Source of the DNA: a virus
Taxonomy: Duplodnaviria > Caudoviricetes
Strand: one strand, 5' to 3'
Virus record (IMG/VR): IMGVR_UViG_3300014205_000180
Location: 64,001-128,000 of that record
Length of the DNA: 64,000 nucleotides
Shown in pieces: positions 29,142 through 40,347 of the stretch. Both the position numbers and the translations under genes were made by a program. The notes beneath the pieces were generated by a model that worked only from the letters and a program-made list of their open reading frames with translations, searched no databases and had not been told where the DNA came from. Each line of letters opens with the position of its first letter. Position 1 is the stretch's first letter.

Positions 29142-30896
29142 TTAACCTATCCAAGTACCACTTGTTCCGTCGAATCTCTTCCAAACAGTTCCATCAAACC
29201 ATTCGTCGCCATGTATTGGATCTCTACCCATAATCTTACGCAGTCTTGGCAGTATGTCATTATCATAATCAAAATTAGCATCATTTGCTGAATTTACTTT
29301 CAATGTAACACTTCTGCACAATAATGATCCAGTATATCCATACTGGTCAATGTCATCATTTTGAGCAAATCCAGATTCAAGAAGATCTATTTTGTCACCA
29401 AGTCCGATATCAGATTCACAAACATATCTGTTTTTATCAGACGGCTTGATAGGATTGACTCTTCTGGCGGTCGATCCAAGAGAAGCATATGCTTCTCCCA
29501 TTGTCGGAATCTGCATTGGCGAACGATGTAATGCAAAATCACCAAGCTGAGCATTGAACATTCTATCAGGCGGTTCATTGATTATTTGCAAGAATGTATC
29601 AAAGAATGATTCTATTTCATTGCTTGAATACCACGAATTATTAAGTATTACATATCCAGATCCAAAATTCTGGAAGTTTAACTGCCAATCGCTTTCAGAA
29701 TTTGTCTTTAAAGTATTGAGTGGTGTTATTTCTACCAATGTTCCAGGAGCACTGCCACGAACTAATACTAATGAAGCGAATTCAATTAATTCTTTGCTGT
29801 TGCTGCCTAATATCGTATTATATGTAGAAAATACAAACTGCAGTTGATTTGCAGCAGGATCTAATCTACGAACTCTGGTGCAAAACACTGGATAGTTGTC
29901 TTCTAACTCATTACTCCTATCACCAACAGGAGCAGCCATCATAAAGCTATCAAACATGCTTGCTGGAATATAAACAGTTCCAGTAGATGAACCTTCAATA
30001 GATCCAAGATTTGCGCCTATTCTCCATGGATAATTTAAAGCACTTAATACAGAAGAATAATCAACTCCAATTGGCGGTATTAAATTATATGCACTAGCCA
30101 CTAACATTCCAGTTCCATGAATTACAGCAGGTAATGAATAATCACCTTCAATTTCAGCGCCACCAATTACAGTATCTGATATTTCATAAATAGCATAGTC
30201 ACCAGTAGTTGCAGATGAAGATCCGACAACTGGCGGTAATGCATTAATAAAGTCAGCCTCAGTTTCAACATTTAATGTTCTGAATATGATATCTCCAGAT
30301 ATTCCCTGATGTTCACTTGTTGGAATAGCTGGATTAAATTCAGTCGCTGTGCATGGAGTAATATAAACTATTTGGAATGAAAGAGTGCTATCTATTTTAT
30401 AATCAACATAGAAGATTCCAACTTCAGAAGATCCGCCAACTGGTATTCCAGTAAATACTAATCTGAATGTTCCAGTTGGAGTTCCGCCGCCAGTACCACC
30501 AGTGCCGCCACTGCCAGTACCACCAGTACCACTATCACCATCAAGTCTAATTATTCTAGCTAATCTTAATGATCTATAAGAAGATTTCAGAGATACGTGA
30601 CAATCCCATAGCCATGAAATAGGTAACGAAATCTTAGAAGTTCCAACGTTAACTGTAGGATTGATTAAAAATGGGAACAAACCCTGATGACTTAATCTTA
30701 AACCAACTTGATCAAGAGTTTTTGCTATGATTAATTGACGTACTGTTAAATCAGCTAATGGTCTATTATAAACATCAAAATAATGCGGATCATTTGCAGT
30801 TAACCATCTAATCGCAATACTTTCATTTGTAGTCATCAAATGAAATAGTGATCCTGGATTCACTGTAGGAATAAGATTAGGATTAATAGTTGGCAT
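29142..30896 (-). CDS. Putative virion structural protein
   Basis: Beta-rich; GTGG linker; structural-gene context. Confidence 0.65.
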   Translation of the reverse strand: MPTINPNLIPTVNPGSLFHLMTTNESIAIRWLTANDPHYFDVYNRPLADLTVRQLIIAKTLDQVGLRLSHQGLFPFLINPTVNVGTSKISLPISWLWDCHVSLKSSYRSLRLARIIRLDGDSGTGGTGSGGTGGTGGGTPTGTFRLVFTGIPVGGSSEVGIFYVDYKIDSTLSFQIVYITPCTATEFNPAIPTSEHQGISGDIIFRTLNVETEADFINALPPVVGSSSATTGDYAIYEISDTVIGGAEIEGDYSLPAVIHGTGMLVASAYNLIPPIGVDYSSVLSALNYPWRIGANLGSIEGSSTGTVYIPASMFDSFMMAAPVGDRSNELEDNYPVFCTRVRRLDPAANQLQFVFSTYNTILGSNSKELIEFASLVLVRGSAPGTLVEITPLNTLKTNSESDWQLNFQNFGSGYVILNNSWYSSNEIESFFDTFLQIINEPPDRMFNAQLGDFALHRSPMQIPTMGEAYASLGSTARRVNPIKPSDKNRYVCESDIGLGDKIDLLESGFAQNDDIDQYGYTGSLLCRSVTLKVNSANDANFDYDNDILPRLRKIMGRDPIHGDEWFDGTVWKRFDGTSGTWIG

Positions 30897-30917
30897 GTTA
30901 GTTATCCAATTCCTTTG

Positions 30918-31145
30918 TTATATTTTACTAGTAGTAGATTTTGCAGGTGGCTTTATGGCAGATTTTAATAGCTCTGTCCGTAACTTATTTTCTTTATCAA
31001 TTTTAGACCATATATCAACTGATCTTTTAACATCCCTATTAATTTGATTCCATATGACGTTTCTGTCTTTTACTGGTACACCACTCAACAATTTTAATAA
31101 ATATTCAGAAGTAGAACTGGTCAAATCAAGAGTAGTATTAGTCAT
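30918..31145 (-). CDS. Hypothetical protein
   Basis: Coupled ORF. Confidence 0.65.
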   Translation of the reverse strand: MTNTTLDLTSSTSEYLLKLLSGVPVKDRNVIWNQINRDVKRSVDIWSKIDKENKLRTELLKSAIKPPAKSTTSKI

Positions 31146-31620
31146 CTAATGGTTCTTCTTTTTTCTTTTTTGGATTTTTTCTTGCACAAATATTGCCATT
31201 ATATATACCATCCTCGCACTTAGTCAATTCTAAATATTTTGCCGGACCCTTAGTTGATACTAATAAATTTAAAAATTCGTCCAAATCAATCAAAAGATCT
31301 GTTATTTTTTCAATTGTTGACTGTTTGAAACTTGGTAGCACTAGTGATTTAATATCACTTATCAATACTTCTGTTTTTTTAACTGCTTCACCACTTGTGA
31401 TATAATATTTATGTGGATTTATAATTATACCATTATCACATTCTATTGATTTAAATGATCTGGCAATATCTGGAAATATCCAAATCTTTTTTACATCACT
31501 AGTATCTAAACTAGTTCCTAATTTAGTATATGGGATTTTGGCATCCTCATCATCAGCATCTATTTCAATCAATTGTTTTTCTAAAAGCTCTTCAGCTTCT
31601 TGTGAATAAACTAGATTCAT
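31138..31620 (-). CDS. Hypothetical protein
   Basis: ATGA-coupled to the upstream glycosyltransferase. Confidence 0.7.
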   Translation of the reverse strand: MNLVYSQEAEELLEKQLIEIDADDEDAKIPYTKLGTSLDTSDVKKIWIFPDIARSFKSIECDNGIIINPHKYYITSGEAVKKTEVLISDIKSLVLPSFKQSTIEKITDLLIDLDEFLNLLVSTKGPAKYLELTKCEDGIYNGNICARKNPKKKKEEPLDD

Positions 31621-32537
31621 TTTGTTCCTATATTATTCTCGGCGTTCATGATATATTCAGCAACATTTATCGGATCGCACTTTAAAACATGGCTATTGGC
31701 GTATCCACATGATTTCATTGAAATTGAGTCTGATACTCCAATTTCAATAATTGTTGGTGTCGGTCTGGCAGCAGTTGCAAGCATTGTTATTCCAGAACCT
31801 ATTCCTATAACATATCTACATTTTGATAAAACTGCAACTGTCCTTCTCCATGTCATTCCATTAGCTCCAATAGTTCCTTTTATTATCGATTCATTTGGAC
31901 CAGCGAAAGAAATTAACTCAAAACCACGATTTTTCATCAACTTAGCAAATTCAGTGAATTTATCAATATTCCAGTAAGGTTCATGTGAATAACTTATATA
32001 TTCAAGACCTATACATTTTTTATTATTAATAAACTTATTGGCGTATTCAATATCATCATCTGACACAGGAATATTCAGTTTTCTATCACCAAGCATTTCA
32101 CCAATATTTATTTTAGCATTATGAAAAAATTGATGTGAAATAACTGGAAAAGACCAAACATGAGTTTTCCATACTGCACTATAAGGAAAAACAGATGGAC
32201 AAAGCTTTAAGTTTATATCATTATAATTATTCATTATATGTTCACCAATTTTAATTCTTTCTTGAGGATTTAAATCAGATGGAAGACCAAAAACTTTATC
32301 AAAATCTTTATTAAGTTCGTAAGCATTTAAATAGTAATTTTTTGTTAAAAAGACAACACAACTATCTGGATATTTTATTTTGTAATGTTTTACTATAGCT
32401 GTTGAATTTGTACTATCGCCAAGATTTCCATAGATTTCTATTAATATTTTTATAGATTTATTTGATGACCTTAAAAATTCAACAGCTTTATCAACTATTG
32501 ACAAAGATTCTGACAATTTATCTTTTTTATCATTCAT
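31617..32537 (-). CDS. GT9-like (GT-B fold) glycosyltransferase
   Basis: GNLGD...HYKIKYPDS, W(N)IDKF, CRYVIGIGSGITMLA. Probable start ATG 32537. Confidence 0.75.
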   Translation of the reverse strand: MNDKKDKLSESLSIVDKAVEFLRSSNKSIKILIEIYGNLGDSTNSTAIVKHYKIKYPDSCVVFLTKNYYLNAYELNKDFDKVFGLPSDLNPQERIKIGEHIMNNYNDINLKLCPSVFPYSAVWKTHVWSFPVISHQFFHNAKINIGEMLGDRKLNIPVSDDDIEYANKFINNKKCIGLEYISYSHEPYWNIDKFTEFAKLMKNRGFELISFAGPNESIIKGTIGANGMTWRRTVAVLSKCRYVIGIGSGITMLATAARPTPTIIEIGVSDSISMKSCGYANSHVLKCDPINVAEYIMNAENNIGTK

Positions 32538-32565
32538 TTTAATGATTACTTGCGATTTCTTATTT

Positions 32566-33453
32566 CTAGAAATATTTGTTGACTTCTGCAATGATCTCGT
32601 CATATTTTTTAGCGTTGACAGACTTTGCGTTTTGTTTGCCATAGCAGTTTCTCATGTTTATTGGATCACCTATATTTATCTCAATTAAAGGAGTCTTAAT
32701 ATCATCACATGCTGATAAAACTGATAAACCACTACCACAACCTATCATTAGTTTAGCTCTTTGTATTACCACTTTAGCTTGTTTCCATGTGCAGCCACGA
32801 GCATCAAATCCATAGTTTAGTTTTGGGTCAGCATTTGATCCCATATATATAACTGGAACACTAAATTTAGATAACATCTCATTATAAACATCGATCGACC
32901 AAGTTGAATTATGTGGAGGTTTTGATAAAGTATAGCTATTGTATTCTAATGCTATGTATGGCCTATTTAATAAGCCATTTTTAATAATAAAATTATCATG
33001 CCACTGATAATCAGTTATTTCGTGCGGAAGAACTGGTTTTCTTGGAACTCTTAACGTTTTTATATCAGCATTAAATAATACGTTATCTATAATATTTCCG
33101 CTTTGTGTCCATCCACTAACAGCAACACATGGAAACAATACTTTTTTAAATCCTAATCCATTAACCCATTTCTTTAATTCTTGACGATCAGATGGTTCAA
33201 GACCATGCGGTAATGGAAATATTACGCACGGAATTAAAGCAGCAAATGAATCAAATTGTTCATAATATTTTTCACTAACTGCCCATATTATATTACTTTT
33301 TGGATATTCATTTCTATAATGATTAACAATCATGCTAACATGTAAACAATCTCCAAAATTTTTATGACCTTCAATGAATATAGTATCACCGATTGGCCAT
33401 TTATAATTGGCAATAACTTGTTTAATTATTTCTTTTGATCTTTCTAAACTCAT
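32566..33453 (-). CDS. GT9-like glycosyltransferase, paralogue of its neighbour
   Basis: NFGD...HYRNEYPKSNIIW, AKLMIGCGSGLSVLSA. Confidence 0.75.
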   Translation of the reverse strand: MSLERSKEIIKQVIANYKWPIGDTIFIEGHKNFGDCLHVSMIVNHYRNEYPKSNIIWAVSEKYYEQFDSFAALIPCVIFPLPHGLEPSDRQELKKWVNGLGFKKVLFPCVAVSGWTQSGNIIDNVLFNADIKTLRVPRKPVLPHEITDYQWHDNFIIKNGLLNRPYIALEYNSYTLSKPPHNSTWSIDVYNEMLSKFSVPVIYMGSNADPKLNYGFDARGCTWKQAKVVIQRAKLMIGCGSGLSVLSACDDIKTPLIEINIGDPINMRNCYGKQNAKSVNAKKYDEIIAEVNKYF

Positions 33454-34142
33454 TTCCATTTGCCTTTAATTTTAGTTTCACGTGCAGGAACACCAACAAC
33501 CACTGCGTTATCTGGGACATTTGATGTTACTACTGCACCCATTCCAACAATTGCATTTTCACCTATCGTCAATTTTTCTCTAATGCACGCACCAGATCCT
33601 ATATAAGCACCTTTCTTAATCAAACATGATCCACCAATTGCAGAATTCGGACCAACACAAGCAAAATCTTGAATTACACAATGATGTCCAATAGTTGCGC
33701 CATAATTTACAAGTACATGTGATCCTATTTTAGACATCGGCGCAATTACAGCATTTGGCGCTATTACTGTTCCATTTCCAACATGATTCGAAAGTATAAC
33801 AGCGCCAGGAGTTATTATTGGTCTGCCATACTTTACAGGATTAGTAATTGAATTATATAATTTAATAGCATCAGTTACTTCTATATCCATTCTAATTTTT
33901 ACATCTGATTTACCAGATCCTAAATATAAATTGCAATAATCATTTAAATGATCAAAGAAATCGTAGATCTTATGATAAAATTTCACTTCACAAGAGTCTT
34001 TATCTATATCATTAAACGAATCGTCAAAGTTTTCAGAAATTACAGCATACTTACGATTTTGTAGTAACGATATTGAATCTAATTCGATTAAATAAGTTAA
34101 CAATTCACAGGCAAATGGACCACCACCTATTATTACGTTCAT
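33450..34142 (-). CDS. NeuD/PglD-family sugar acetyltransferase (hexapeptide repeat)
   Basis: VIIGGG N-terminus; left-handed beta-helix repeats; GAVVTSNVPDNAVVVGVPAR. Confidence 0.9.
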   Translation of the reverse strand: MNVIIGGGPFACELLTYLIELDSISLLQNRKYAVISENFDDSFNDIDKDSCEVKFYHKIYDFFDHLNDYCNLYLGSGKSDVKIRMDIEVTDAIKLYNSITNPVKYGRPIITPGAVILSNHVGNGTVIAPNAVIAPMSKIGSHVLVNYGATIGHHCVIQDFACVGPNSAIGGSCLIKKGAYIGSGACIREKLTIGENAIVGMGAVVTSNVPDNAVVVGVPARETKIKGKWK

Positions 34143-35368
34143 TTCACAATCCCCCAGATTTTATTTTTTTCGACTTCAGTATCTTTAAATATCTTTCTAA
34201 TTTTTTCTTCTTCGATTCTTAAGTTATAAGCTTCTGTATACTTAGGATCAATCGGTTTGGCTTTTGTCCATGTTTTAGTAAATTCCCTGACATCATCTTC
34301 TGATAAAATATTATTATTAACTTTCATCAATGCTACTTTAGTTCTATCCTTAGCATCTTTTAATTCTTTTCTTCTAACATCTAATAATGCTTTTATTTTA
34401 GCCCTATCATCTTCAGTATATGCTTGTGCGATCTTTTTAGCTTCAACTACTTTTACCTCATTTTCAGCATCGACTTTCCTTGTGTACATTCCTAAAGTTT
34501 TTTCAATCTTAACTCTTGGAAAGCCTTTTAAAGAATTATCAATAGCTTCATTTATGTCAATCATTGGAAATACTGTTAGTCTACTTTTCGGATTACAATT
34601 GTAAACTTTAAATCCTACTTCACTGAATATCGTCCGCATTTCACCAAACCATTTCATCATACTACTATAAGTAGAATTATTTCCATTAATACTTCCAGTC
34701 GATCTAGGCTGTTTAAAACTATAATTTCCACCAGTCCCGTCTTTTGCTTCTTTTGCTTTATCCATATAAAAATCAACACCTAATAAATAAAGATTTCTTA
34801 TTCCAAGAAGATATAATATTCTTACAGCAGCTAAAAATACTGATCTGCCGCCACCAATTTTAGAATGATTTCCCCAATTTATTTTATCTTCAAATAAATA
34901 ACAATCAGTACGAACAACTTCGTTTCTTCTGTAATAAAAAACATTTGGACAATCACCAACTTCTTTCTTAGTCTCAATTATTTTATCACCAGTGCTGTCT
35001 GATAGTTTTTTATGAATATGAGAAATTGGAACTATTTTTTCAATTTTTGGGTCCATCCAAATAGATTGTAAAAAACTAGCCGGATCATCAACACATGTCC
35101 ATAGATTAGGTCTGAAAACTGCTGGGCTATTGTTCAACCCCATTGTCAATATTCCAGGCTCCATCAACAATTCTTTATTGACGTCTTTAAAACTTGGACC
35201 ACTAGCTATTAAAAATGCTGATCCTCCGTTATATCTGTTAATAAATGGAACTTCTTGGAAATGTTTAGTAAAAAACATCGGAGGAATAGCATAATAATCC
35301 TCAAACTTAAAATTTTTACCTTTAAAACTATCTACATTTATCTCTAATTTATTGTAATCATCGTTCAT
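34139..35368 (-). CDS. Maf/DUF115 (MptE-like) family transferase
   Basis: FLIASGPSF, GLNN, WTCVDD, LGIRNLYLLGVDF, VYNCN. Confidence 0.75.
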   Translation of the reverse strand: MNDDYNKLEINVDSFKGKNFKFEDYYAIPPMFFTKHFQEVPFINRYNGGSAFLIASGPSFKDVNKELLMEPGILTMGLNNSPAVFRPNLWTCVDDPASFLQSIWMDPKIEKIVPISHIHKKLSDSTGDKIIETKKEVGDCPNVFYYRRNEVVRTDCYLFEDKINWGNHSKIGGGRSVFLAAVRILYLLGIRNLYLLGVDFYMDKAKEAKDGTGGNYSFKQPRSTGSINGNNSTYSSMMKWFGEMRTIFSEVGFKVYNCNPKSRLTVFPMIDINEAIDNSLKGFPRVKIEKTLGMYTRKVDAENEVKVVEAKKIAQAYTEDDRAKIKALLDVRRKELKDAKDRTKVALMKVNNNILSEDDVREFTKTWTKAKPIDPKYTEAYNLRIEEEKIRKIFKDTEVEKNKIWGIVK

Positions 35369-35399
35369 TCTTTAAATACGAACAAAAATTAAATAAAAA

Positions 35400-38075
35400 T
35401 TAATTTACCATAAATTGATTAAAATGTTTAAGCTGATCACTGACTGACATTTCTTTAACAATCGCCCCAGGCCATAATCTTAATCCAACTTTACCAATTA
35501 TATGTCTATTTACAGGCCAGTATGGTGAATTAACTGCTACTGGAGTTGGTAACTTACTCGACAACTCAGGATCTGGTGATATTAATAATCCATTCCACCA
35601 AACCCATAACTGAGTATCTATCGCCATTATTGTTAAATCATTCCATTGCTCAGTTTGTCCATTTACAACTGATGGCAATAAACCGCCATCATAGACTTTG
35701 AATCCATCAACATCAGCAGTAGCGCCTGTTCCAACTCCATCAGAAATAAATCCTACTTGAGTATAAATCTTGCTTACAGTAAACTCACCTGGAGCAAATC
35801 CACGGACGAAATCATCATATGGGTACGGTTTACCATCAAGTGCAAGTCTATCAAGATTATAAGGAGTCTTCATGCTCAATTTGCCAGCAGACATCTGTAG
35901 CTGTACTGACTGAGATTCTGTAGTAGCATTAACGCTAAATTCTAATCTAAGAGCAGGAGAAGTATAATCAGCATGCATTATCTGACACATTACTGTATTG
36001 ACAGATGACTCAGCGATCGGATTGGTACCAGTTGTACCACCACTTAGATAATCTTCATCAAACGGGAACATCGAATCAGTTCCTATTAAAATAACATTTC
36101 CTCCATCATAAATCTTATGTCCATATTTCCAGAAGATATCACGATAAACACCAGTTAAAATTCTTAAGGTGCCAGTTTGTGGAATTGTCTTAAAATCAAG
36201 ACCATTAACCATTATGTATGGAAGATTATTATACGTTCCAGCACCTATGACGCCACGTTTAGAAACCTTTAAGAAAATATCGTCAATACTGTCTATCGGA
36301 GCACCAAGTAATATATCAATTGGTGGGAAATCACTGGTTGGCGGTCTGCCAATCTTGAAATTAACAAGCACATTCTTGTGATTAGCTCTATTCCAAATAA
36401 ATACTGGTTGATCACTATATTGTTTAGCATAGATATTATAATTTGTTCCAAATATTCCTAAATCACGAACATCAACCTTTCCATCTTTATTAAGGTCAGC
36501 GTCAGGATTAAAAGCAGTCTCTCCAACTGTCGTATTCATTGATGCCATTAATAATGCCAAGTCAGCATCATCTATCTTACCATCTTTATTTATGTCTCCA
36601 CGATTATCATTAGCCATCTTTTGAACTTTTAATGCTGGAATACTATAATCAATAACTGCTTGATATCTTCCATTTACTGGGAATCCGCTAGGCTCATATG
36701 TATCATAAATAGCATTATAATCGCCATCATTAGTTAATAACAAAGGATCTTCAAATCCAGTTATGCCCCACATGCTTCTTTCATAAACGCGAAGATCACT
36801 TACATCATCAATACTTGCAGTAAGTTCAGTTCCGGTATTTCCTGTACCAGTTCCAGCATTATGATTTGTATCATCTCTCTGCTCATATAATTCACCAAAC
36901 CTGATCGAATTAGACAACGACCATAAATGAGAAGGATTAATCATTGGACGCTTATTGCAGTAATAAGCGTATTTTCTAATATTATTGACTCTCGAAATTT
37001 CAAATGCCCAAATATCAACAAGTTCTCCAACTTCAAGTAACTGAGCTACACTGTCTTTTACCAAAGTTGAGTTTTCATACTTCCATATATTAGTAGCAAC
37101 AAATTCATTTCCGACAGTCTTAGCCTCTTGAATTGACCACATCTTCATCAAGTATTGGTTGGTCGATAAAACTGTACTTGTATATCCAGTAACAATAGCC
37201 ATCTGCTTAGTAATGGTATTACCATTATAAAGCAGTGCACCAAGTAAGCCAGGTTCACTCGCTCTAGATAACTCAAAAGTTACTTGACGACCATCCTTAT
37301 CAGAACCCATATACCAAACGCATTCTGGAACTTCGGCAGGTCCAGGAGTAAATGCCCAGCCAACATTCGTAGTGCCGTCATTGCGACGACGCATTACCAT
37401 ATTCAATTCAGCTAAGTTCTGTACATTGCCATTCTTATAACGCTTAAATTGGATTGTTGGAACATTATTCTTCTGTTTGAAGAAATCATCTGGTTTATTA
37501 GCATTAAATAATTGATTTTCTGGATAGACATAAATCTTAAGTTCACCATATGAATTAACACCCGGCATTATACCATTGCAACTAGGCGGTCTTACTGAAC
37601 GAAGGTCTGACTCATCTTGAATCCAATAAATCTGAGCGCATTCTTCGCAACCACAAGAAAGAGGTATTGGTGTATCAGCAGTAAAACGAATTATATTACC
37701 AACACGTTCCAAGCTAATAAATTCACTTCCCGCAGCTAAAATAATATCACCCTGCATCCAACCGCCATCATCTGGCATGCCAGCGCCCATAAATCCAAGA
37801 ACACCAAGTCTGGTCTGAGTCAGTGAATCAAGTTTGGCCTTGTCAGCGGCACTTATAAGACCACGAAGCCATGGTGTTGCTTCAGGAATTGGATCTTCAG
37901 ATACGTGAGTCATACCATGAAATGATGGTATGATTATTTGATTCTGTTTGGCAAATAAAGTATTTGTTTCTTTATCGTATTGGAAGCCATGGACATTTCC
38001 ATCTGCACCAGGTATTTCAACATATTCACGATCAACAAGATCGTCTTTGTTAGGAACACCTATTTTTATGGTCAT
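35400..38075 (-). CDS. Large structural protein with dockerin-like double Ca-binding loop
   Basis: PEATPWLRGLISAADKAKLD; GDINKDGKIDDADL...ADLNKDGKVDVRDL. Confidence 0.8.
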   Translation of the reverse strand: MTIKIGVPNKDDLVDREYVEIPGADGNVHGFQYDKETNTLFAKQNQIIIPSFHGMTHVSEDPIPEATPWLRGLISAADKAKLDSLTQTRLGVLGFMGAGMPDDGGWMQGDIILAAGSEFISLERVGNIIRFTADTPIPLSCGCEECAQIYWIQDESDLRSVRPPSCNGIMPGVNSYGELKIYVYPENQLFNANKPDDFFKQKNNVPTIQFKRYKNGNVQNLAELNMVMRRRNDGTTNVGWAFTPGPAEVPECVWYMGSDKDGRQVTFELSRASEPGLLGALLYNGNTITKQMAIVTGYTSTVLSTNQYLMKMWSIQEAKTVGNEFVATNIWKYENSTLVKDSVAQLLEVGELVDIWAFEISRVNNIRKYAYYCNKRPMINPSHLWSLSNSIRFGELYEQRDDTNHNAGTGTGNTGTELTASIDDVSDLRVYERSMWGITGFEDPLLLTNDGDYNAIYDTYEPSGFPVNGRYQAVIDYSIPALKVQKMANDNRGDINKDGKIDDADLALLMASMNTTVGETAFNPDADLNKDGKVDVRDLGIFGTNYNIYAKQYSDQPVFIWNRANHKNVLVNFKIGRPPTSDFPPIDILLGAPIDSIDDIFLKVSKRGVIGAGTYNNLPYIMVNGLDFKTIPQTGTLRILTGVYRDIFWKYGHKIYDGGNVILIGTDSMFPFDEDYLSGGTTGTNPIAESSVNTVMCQIMHADYTSPALRLEFSVNATTESQSVQLQMSAGKLSMKTPYNLDRLALDGKPYPYDDFVRGFAPGEFTVSKIYTQVGFISDGVGTGATADVDGFKVYDGGLLPSVVNGQTEQWNDLTIMAIDTQLWVWWNGLLISPDPELSSKLPTPVAVNSPYWPVNRHIIGKVGLRLWPGAIVKEMSVSDQLKHFNQFMVN

Positions 38076-38109
38076 TCTTGTTTCCTCTTAATCTAATTAT
38101 ATATTTGAG

Positions 38110-38331
38110 TTAAACTAAAGATACCGGTTCCCAGATAGCATAAGTCTTAGATAACATTTTCTTTCTATATAAAACATTATGTCTTGTATTGTAAAAATGT
38201 TCTGTTCTTGATGTCAATGGGTCAATATTATAAAAAGACATTGTTATATGCTGACTATTTAAGAAATGATAACTCAATCCACCTACGCTTGGATAGCCTC
38301 GTTTTTGAAATAAATCATCTAAAAAACTCAT
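38110..38331 (-). CDS. Hypothetical protein
   Basis: Fills the gap after gmd. Confidence 0.65.
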   Translation of the reverse strand: MSFLDDLFQKRGYPSVGGLSYHFLNSQHITMSFYNIDPLTSRTEHFYNTRHNVLYRKKMLSKTYAIWEPVSLV

Positions 38332-38336
38332 ATAAA

Positions 38337-39389
38337 TTAGATTTTATTATGGTACTTTAATTCCATACTCATCATATTAGCTACCAATGAATTAAAATCA
38401 TATTTTGGTTTCCAGCCAAGTTTTGATCTAATTTTCGATGAGTCACCAAGGAGGACATCTACTTCAGAAGGTCTAAAGAATTTTTCATTTACTTGAATTA
38501 TTACTCTACCATTAAGAAATGCTACTTCATTAAGACCTTTACCAGACCATTCAATTTTACCAATATCCATCCACTCAAAGCATTTATTAATAAATTCTTT
38601 AACAGTATGGGTTTCACCAGTTGCGACAACCCAATCGTCAGGTTTATCATGATCCATGATAAGCATCATAGCTCTACAAAAATCTTCAGCATGGCCCCAA
38701 TCTCTAAAAGCATTGAGATTTCCAAGCTGTAATGGCTTTATCGATCTATCATTGTGAAATTTAGCACACCATTTTGTTATTTTACGAGTGACGAATGTTT
38801 CGCCTCGATAATATGACTCATGATTGAAAAGTATTCCATTAGATCCAAATAAATTATAAGCTTCTCTATAATTCTTGGTTATCCAATAACCATAAAGTTT
38901 AGCTGCGCCATATGGCGATCTTGGATGAAACGGAGTTGATTCAACATATCCATTTTTTGGCATTTCATTTGATAAGCCACCAAACATTTCACTAGTTGAG
39001 GCTTGATAGAATCGTGTTTTTGGACTGTGCTTTATGATAGCATCAAGCAGTCTTAAAACACCAACACCATCGACATCAGCAGTATATTCTGGAACTTCAA
39101 ATGATACCTTAACATGACTTTGTGCGCCAAGATTATAACAAACATCTGGTTTGATTGTTGATACCAAACTTCCCAAATTACTTGAATCAGTTAAATCGCC
39201 ATGGTGGAGAAATAGTTTCTTGTTATATATTAATCCATCATCCATCAAATCATCAATTCTTGAAGTATTAAAAGTTGACGATCTACGTATAATCCCATGA
39301 ACTTCATAATCCTGTTCAAGTAATAGCCTAGTCAAAATTGACCCATCTTGGCCTGTACACCCGCTTATAAGAGCGACTTTCTTTTTCAT
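38337..39389 (-). CDS. gmd: GDP-mannose 4,6-dehydratase
   Basis: ALISGCTGQDGS, AQSHVKVSF, FYQASTSE, SPYGAAK, FNHES, RDWGHA. Start at ATG 39389 with GAGGA SD. Confidence 0.97.
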   Translation of the reverse strand: MKKKVALISGCTGQDGSILTRLLLEQDYEVHGIIRRSSTFNTSRIDDLMDDGLIYNKKLFLHHGDLTDSSNLGSLVSTIKPDVCYNLGAQSHVKVSFEVPEYTADVDGVGVLRLLDAIIKHSPKTRFYQASTSEMFGGLSNEMPKNGYVESTPFHPRSPYGAAKLYGYWITKNYREAYNLFGSNGILFNHESYYRGETFVTRKITKWCAKFHNDRSIKPLQLGNLNAFRDWGHAEDFCRAMMLIMDHDKPDDWVVATGETHTVKEFINKCFEWMDIGKIEWSGKGLNEVAFLNGRVIIQVNEKFFRPSEVDVLLGDSSKIRSKLGWKPKYDFNSLVANMMSMELKYHNKI

Positions 39390-39390
39390 T

Positions 39391-40314
39391 TTATTCCTCG
39401 TGAAATCTGTCGAATTTATATTTAAACTCTTGTGCAATGCTATTATTATTTTCTATGATATTAATAAATTTAATACTAGAATCGCGACTTAGCTTTAGCC
39501 TATTTCTAACAGTAATTGATGAATCATAGCCTAAACAATTTAGTTTCGATTTTAATTTGTTAATACTGTCATTATCAAAACAATCAGTACAAAGTGCGAC
39601 ACACTTACGCATTGTGTAACCATCACCAATAAACCACCAATAAAAAGATTTTGGTGTTAAGTTAATGTCATTTGGAATAATTTTAACATTTTTATACCAT
39701 CTATTTCTATGAAATAAAAGATCATTATAAAATGATGATTTAAAATGCCAATATTTATTTTTAGTTCTCCATGAATTATCTGAAATTTTTGAACCCCATG
39801 GATTACTAAAATGAAGCTGACTGAATTCTTTACTGATATCAATTAAAGTGTTTTTAAATTTACATCCATATGTTATTCTAGCTGATACGTTCGAGTAATC
39901 CAAGTGACCATCACCTAACATTAAGCCATCTAGAACTTCTACCTGAATATTGGTTAAATTACATAATTTTTGTTGCCATATAGAAGCTTCAGATATAGAT
40001 CTAGTTTTAATATCATATTTTAAAAAATTATTTTCTATAGAAGTTACATGAACATCTAACTTATCTGCTATTTTTTGTTGTGACAAATTATCATCCCAAT
40101 ATAATTTATTTAATAATTTAACATATTCATCTTCTGATATTTTAAGTCTCTTGTATATTAATTCAGAGTTATTGATTTTATTTCTCTTTATTCCTTTTTT
40201 AATGTTTCTTATAATTCGTTGTATTGATCCCCTAGATATTCCTAAAGTTATTTGTATTTGCTTATTTGTATACCCATTAACACGCAATTCTTTAACTTTA
40301 TTCCAATCTATCAT
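39391..40314 (-). mobile_element. Free-standing LAGLIDADG homing endonuclease with N-terminal HTH
   Basis: DGLMLGDGHL and YWWFIGDGY. Confidence 0.88.
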
Positions 40315-40347
40315 CATGTATTTTTGACTGGAACAACAGGTCAGAAG

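Noticed and set aside
31617-39389. Captured host O-antigen locus
   Set aside because: The genes are dispersed among virion genes, match the phage AT content and lack wzx/wzy/wzm-type membrane components. Host-surface modification is not fully excluded.
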